DNA from: Octopus vulgaris
Taxonomy: Eukaryota
NCBI GenBank assembly: GCA_951406725.2
Contig: OX597821.1
Span: 5,084,001 to 5,148,000, forward strand
DNA: 64,000 nt
Reading direction: 5' to 3'
Part shown: positions 57,421 to 64,000 of the stretch, in pieces
Position numbering within the stretch: position 1 is the first letter of the stretch
Layout: each line of letters opens with the position of its first letter
Notes under the pieces: model-generated
The model's input: the letters and a program-made list of their open reading frames with translations, nothing else
What the model was told of the DNA's origin: nothing
Database searches by the model: none
Translations under genes and position numbers: made by a program

Positions 57421-58756
57421 AACAGATTAATGAATTACCTACAAAACCACCTTCCTCTAAAGTTTCTAAGTCAACATCTGTAAATACAGCACGTCACGAC
57501 CAGCACTAAATAGACGAAGGCTGCTGATGTGGTTAACGTACTTTTATTTCTCTCCATAAGTAATTTAGTTACTGGTTCAGTTATTTTTCTTTTAACGGAG
57601 AGTAAAGTTATGAAAATAATTTCCTATTTCGTTTAAAGTATTTTTTTCCATATTTTCCTTGCAAGTAATTGACTCAAGATATTATCTTGTTCATATATAT
57701 TTAATATCTCTTTTCGCTCCATATCAGTAGATAGCGAGTCTTCAGTACAGACAAGTGAAAAACTATATACTAAAATAATTACATTATATTACTTTGGTAT
57801 TTTTTCTTCATTTTGAATCAGAAGAAGTAGGCGAGAGAAATAAGGAGATAAATTAGAATGAAGCATGACATAGTAAGTATATTTGGTTTTAAAGAGAGAG
57901 AGAGAGAAGCCATTTGGATTGAACCCAGTTAAGTTTTTTTCCTGCCAAAGTGAATAAGGTAATTTCGAGTTCTAATTCAAGAATGCTATGGAATTTTTTG
58001 CCATTTACATTTCCTTTTCGCTCTAAATACATACATGCATTCATGCATGCATGCATCCATGCATGCATGCATACATACATATACACACTCACACAAATAA
58101 TGTGAGAGAAGGAGAGAGGGACAGAGAGAGATACAGACAGATAGATAGATATTATATGCTTAGTATATATAGTAAGTGTGTGGTATATATAATGTATATC
58201 AAATATATATATATATATAATTTATATATAGTACATATGTGTCATATATGTATATGTATATATATATTTGCATACATACAGACACGCGCGCACGTGTGTG
58301 TAAATATTCATTGTATCTGTTGAATAATTATCTCCCTTTAAAATAAGGCCTAGAAGGAAGGGGAAAATTTGATAGAAGAAAAATTAGCATTAATCATTGT
58401 ATTAGCGCTAGAAACAATATTTTAATGACCCTCTATGCAGTTATAGCCATGCTTGTGTATATATGTGTGGGTTTGGGCTTATTATTATTATTATTATTAT
58501 AAAGAATGTTTAAGAATAATAATGGGATATTTACAGACGGAAGAACTCAGTAATTAGATTAGAGTCAAATATGTTCCAAAATCCCTGTTCTGCAGAATCT
58601 TTCGTTCCCTATGTCAGCTTATTTCCACGTCGAATCAGTTTTCAGATGAAGTTTAAAGTCTCAATCAACATGAATTACATAAACACACCTATTTACACAG
58701 ACATCTAGTATCTACATGAAATCTTTCGGCGTGAAACTCAAACTGGTTTCAAATTT

Positions 58757-59180
58757 TTACCACAAGGCCAGCAAAATTGGTGAGATGAGGTAAGACGGTT
58801 ACATGAACCCCAGTGCTCAACTGGTACTTATTTTTTCGATAGCGAGAGGGGATGAAAGAGAAAGTCGATCCTGGTGGAATTTGAACTCAGAACGTAAAAG
58901 TGGTCGAAATACTGCTAAGCATTTTGCCCTACGTGCTAACGATTCTGCCAGCTCACCGCCTAATTTCGAATATTTGAAATTTCGCCACAAGGCCACCAAA
59001 TTCTGGGGAGGCGGTAAGCTGATTACAGTGATCCCAGTGTTCAACTGGTACTTATTTTGTCGATCTCGAAAGAATGAACAGCAAAGTTGACTTCGGCAGA
59101 ATTTTAACACTGAATGTAAAGACAGACGAAATGCCGCTAAGCATTTTGCCAGGCGTAGTAACGATTCAGCCAGCTCGCCA
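58757..59180 (-). mobile_element. two adjacent SINE family B copies
   Basis: 58757-58960 and 58983-59180, each with a head ending GCCAGCTC(A/G)CC and a CCACAAGGCC tail. Confidence 0.8.
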
Positions 59181-59360
59181 CATTCAGTTTTAATCTAATA
59201 CCAAAATATTTCTGCCCGTTGTTTTTAAAAAATAGACTTTTAGCCAGTGCATTTAGTATTTTGTAACAGCATTTCTGTAATGCATAACTCTCTGGAGCTG
59301 TTACCGTCAGTAAATAACAGGTTTATGATGATGTTATTTATAACGTCAAAGTAGACATTA

Positions 59361-59740
59361 TCTATTATATAGAATCCGTTCTGTCTCTCTGTCTATGTGT
59401 CTTCTAGGATCTCGGGCATCCTCCATCCGATTGCACTCAAATTTGATATGTAGATACCGACGGTATCAGGGCGTGTGTATTTCGTCAAAAAATTACAAAA
59501 ATTGACACCAGGTGAGAATGCGATCGATTCGAGAAAGCCGTGGGAACGTTCATTTTTAAAATAGTTTTTCTTGGAATAGCAAAAAGTCTACCTTTATTTC
59601 TTCTTTTGCTGGTGTCTCAAATTTAGGCTAAATCAGTGATTCTCAAAGGGGACGGTCGGACAAGTTGTTTTCAGAAAATTTGGTTTAAACGTTTGACAAC
59701 TCAGCACCGTCTATTGGACGGGAGGGGAGTGCTCGTTGTA
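59361..59740 (+). mobile_element. Helitron-like 5' portion
   Basis: A^TCTATTATATAGAATCCGTTCTGTCTCTCTGTCTATGTGTC resembles non-autonomous Helitron 5' ends. No hairpin-CTAG 3' end found. Confidence 0.45.
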
Positions 59741-60657
59741 ATGCATAACTTTCTGGAGCTGTTACCTTCAGTAAATAATAGGTTTATTGTGATATTATTC
59801 ATAATATCAAAGAAGACTTTTGTATAACTGAGATTATTTTTTTTTATTATTTCCATAATCTTCTTTCTGACAAGACATTTGTTTTATAATAGCATCTAAT
59901 TTCATGAATTCATCAACAACTTTCTAAAGAGGAAAATGTATCACCTTCTCACAATGAATCTCCTTTTTATGAAATCATTCTGCAATTCGAGAAAGATAGA
60001 TAGAAGAAAGTTAAAATAACAGAACAGCAAATGTATCTTTAATGCAGGATATTCCATCCTATTTCAATCCTGCATATCATGCTGTCTCCTCAGATGATCC
60101 GGCTGGGGATGACGGCTCGTATAGGTCAATGGCATGTCACATATTCACAGTGGATGAGCAAATATCACGCAAAGTTAGGTTAAAAAAGACAAAACAAAGT
60201 TACCATTTCGAGTCATGCCGACTTATAATGGCCGAGGTCGGGTTAAGCCGGGTGAGGATTTAATCTAACATAATTATATTAAAGCGAAACTTGACCCCAG
60301 AGAATAATAAATGAGCCGGAACGAATACCTGAGAATGCTGCTCCACCTTTTAACAGTTGTGACACCCCCCGACCTAGATCGGTGAATTTCTTTAGCAAAT
60401 CCGAAAGAAAAAGAAGAAAGGGTTACTTCGGAGTTATTTGAGTCTTGGGACGCTGAGAGGCGTATGTATATATTGTGGTTACGATTTTCAGATCGAAAGA
60501 AAGGGATATTCCATCTTTATACAGCATACGTTTCCCTTCTTTCGCTGTTGTCCATATTTGTTATTAGTGTCCCTGTAAATTCCTTGTAGTGGTATCATTA
60601 ATCGTACTATTTAATTACATTGTTTTCAAAGAAGGAAGTTTGGTGGATCTTTGTGAT

Positions 60658-60713
<56 letters not shown>

Positions 60714-61451
60714 GTGTGTGTATGTATGTGTTTGTGTGTGTGTATGTACATATATATATATATATACATACATATGTGTACCTCTGTGTGTGGGGGTGTG
60801 CGTGCATGTGTGTAAGTCCTTGATTTATTAAATTATCTCCTGCAGAGGATGCGTTATTGTCAGCAAATAGAAATTAAGACCAGTCCTTTATGGGATGCAG
60901 AGATGATCTGAGGATTCAACCCAAGAACAAACATATCTACATACATACTGATAGGAATGTATGTCATAAGTGCTTTTCTGGTATTATGGATCCTTGTTCC
61001 GCCTTTTTAATTATCGTTGTGCTGACTTCGCATTCTTAAACTACAATTTGTTGAGCGTTCCGCCGACACCTGGAATCTGAACGTAATTTCACGAGAGAAC
61101 TGGAATAGAAAGGGACATTTAAAACTCAGTTTATAAGATAAGCTATAAAGGATTTCCGTCAACTGCATTTTCACTCACAAGGCATGGTCGACCATAGATG
61201 CTGAAGATGGGATCAAGAATATTAAAATCGAACTCGAAACTTCATGTTTGCTATTCGAACATTTTAACCATTCACACCTCAACTTATGTTCGTGAAATTT
61301 ATTTTTAATTTTTTTTCTGTTTTGACACTTAATTTTATTTATTGAATGTATTTAAAGTTCAATTTTTGTTTATCTACATTCTTTTTTTACTTTTTTCTTT
61401 CTGTCAGTTTTATTATATATTTTCATTGTATTTTATGAAAGAAATATATAT

Positions 61452-62481
<1,030 letters not shown>

Positions 62482-62769
62482 CAAACTACAAATAAAACTA
62501 AAATAGCAGCACATATTTGCATATATGTGTGTGTGTGTGCGTGTATGTATAACTATGTTTATCTACATATATGTAGTCATATATGTGTATGTATATATAT
62601 GCATCTATGTATATGTGTATGTATATACATATGTACACATATATATTTATATATGTGTATATGTACATGTAAGAACATTTACATGTCATGTATATGTGTG
62701 TGTATACGTATGTATGTATGCATGCCTATATATAAACTCACACGTACTCACCATCATACAACCACGTAG

Positions 62770-63200
62770 ACAAAATATGAAACACATACAACCATACCCT
62801 TCCAACAACAAATTACCATTACTACCCTCACCTTTCACCTTAATCTTGCCCATCTACTACCTCTCAGTTAATAATAATTGTCAATTCCCAAAACTCAAAA
62901 CAATCCCGAATACATAATATTTATAGAATATTCCTATACTATTTCTAGAATTCTTAAACATCCATATAATGACAATCCTGTCAATTCCAAATACTGCCAC
63001 AATATAGAGAATGGTTAAATTGTCTGGCTACCAACCCCGTCCCGTATATCTTCCACAGATCTTTTCTTGTATAAATGCCGACAAATTCTGTTTATTAAAC
63101 TATTGTTGGAACAAACATCGAGAATGGCGTAACTAGAAATCACAGACAAACAGACAATTTTTAATAATAAATTTGACCTCTACATTTTATGTACGGACAC
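62770..63200 (+). pseudogene. possible highly decayed Penelope-like thumb/linker/GIY-YIG relic
   Basis: Fragments TTLTFHLNL and KYCHNIENG resemble STYNPRN and TCPNLLEG of the 3-kb element. Weak evidence. Confidence 0.35.
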
Positions 63201-63362
63201 CATTCATCAGTAAAGTTTTCTTATTAGATATTTATCAGTAACACTAACGAGAAGATATATGGAGAGATACACACAAAAAAAACACACTCACATTTATACA
63301 CACACACACATATATGTTGGTATACATTCGCATAAAATACACGATTAGATGCGTATGTATGT

Positions 63363-63437
<75 letters not shown>

Positions 63438-63706
63438 GTATGTATATTTGAGAATGAATGAATGAATGTATATATGTATATACATGTGTATGTGTGTGTG
63501 TATTTGTATATATATTTATACACACATATATATACATAGAGAGAGAGAGTGAGAGAGGGGTTGAGAGACAGATAACTATGTATATGTACGTATGCGTATA
63601 TAGACGCATAACTATATATAGGTACGTGTAATATGCATATATGTATGGAGGTGGATATTTTTATGTATACATATATGTGTATATATATATATATATTTAT
63701 ACACAC

Positions 63707-63830
<124 letters not shown>

Positions 63831-64000
63831 ATATATATATATAAAGACAAAACTAACTACAGTTTCTAGACTTCAAATAATTATATTTCGTTTCCGAAGA
63901 GCATCATTTATCAAACTAGTGGCCACCGGAATCTATTCATTTTCCCAAGTAGAAGCATTCAGCTTATTCCTGTTGGAATTCTTCGAAGGCAGTGCGGACT

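Noticed and set aside
60042-60263. 73-aa ORF MQDIPSYFNPAYH..
   Set aside because: No recognisable motif, and its 3' part runs into a degenerate SINE. Insufficient support.

Overview
AT-rich eukaryotic intronic/intergenic DNA made up mostly of microsatellites ((TA)n, (CA)n, (TACA)n, (AAT)n, (ATC)n) and transposable elements. The SINE repertoire looks like that of an octopus/cephalopod genome; this is my recognition, not verified. Most ORFs in the track are microsatellite artefacts. Real coding relics: two copies of an APE+RT LINE of the CR1/L2 group (7.0-10.2 kb, one frameshift from intact; 33.0-35.8 kb, decayed), a rearranged Penelope-like element (RT + Cys linker + GIY-YIG, 3.0-4.6 kb), several R4/Dong-type restriction-like-endonuclease LINE 3' relics, and Tc1/mariner relics. 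Also present are non-autonomous Helitrons and three tRNA-derived SINE families. One plausible host exon, carrying a start codon, lies on the minus strand at 45313-45623. The most interesting signal is a set of about 10 short non-coding elements that carry minimal type-I hammerhead-ribozyme motifs, usually end at (TA)n, and often have fold-back (inverted) duplications. They include a 588-bp retrozyme-like unit (61.6-62.4 kb) and a tRNA-headed, Pol III-type SINE fused to a hammerhead (44.8-45.1 kb). Together they look like a community of non-autonomous parasites of Penelope-like elements. Element boundaries are approximate, read by eye.
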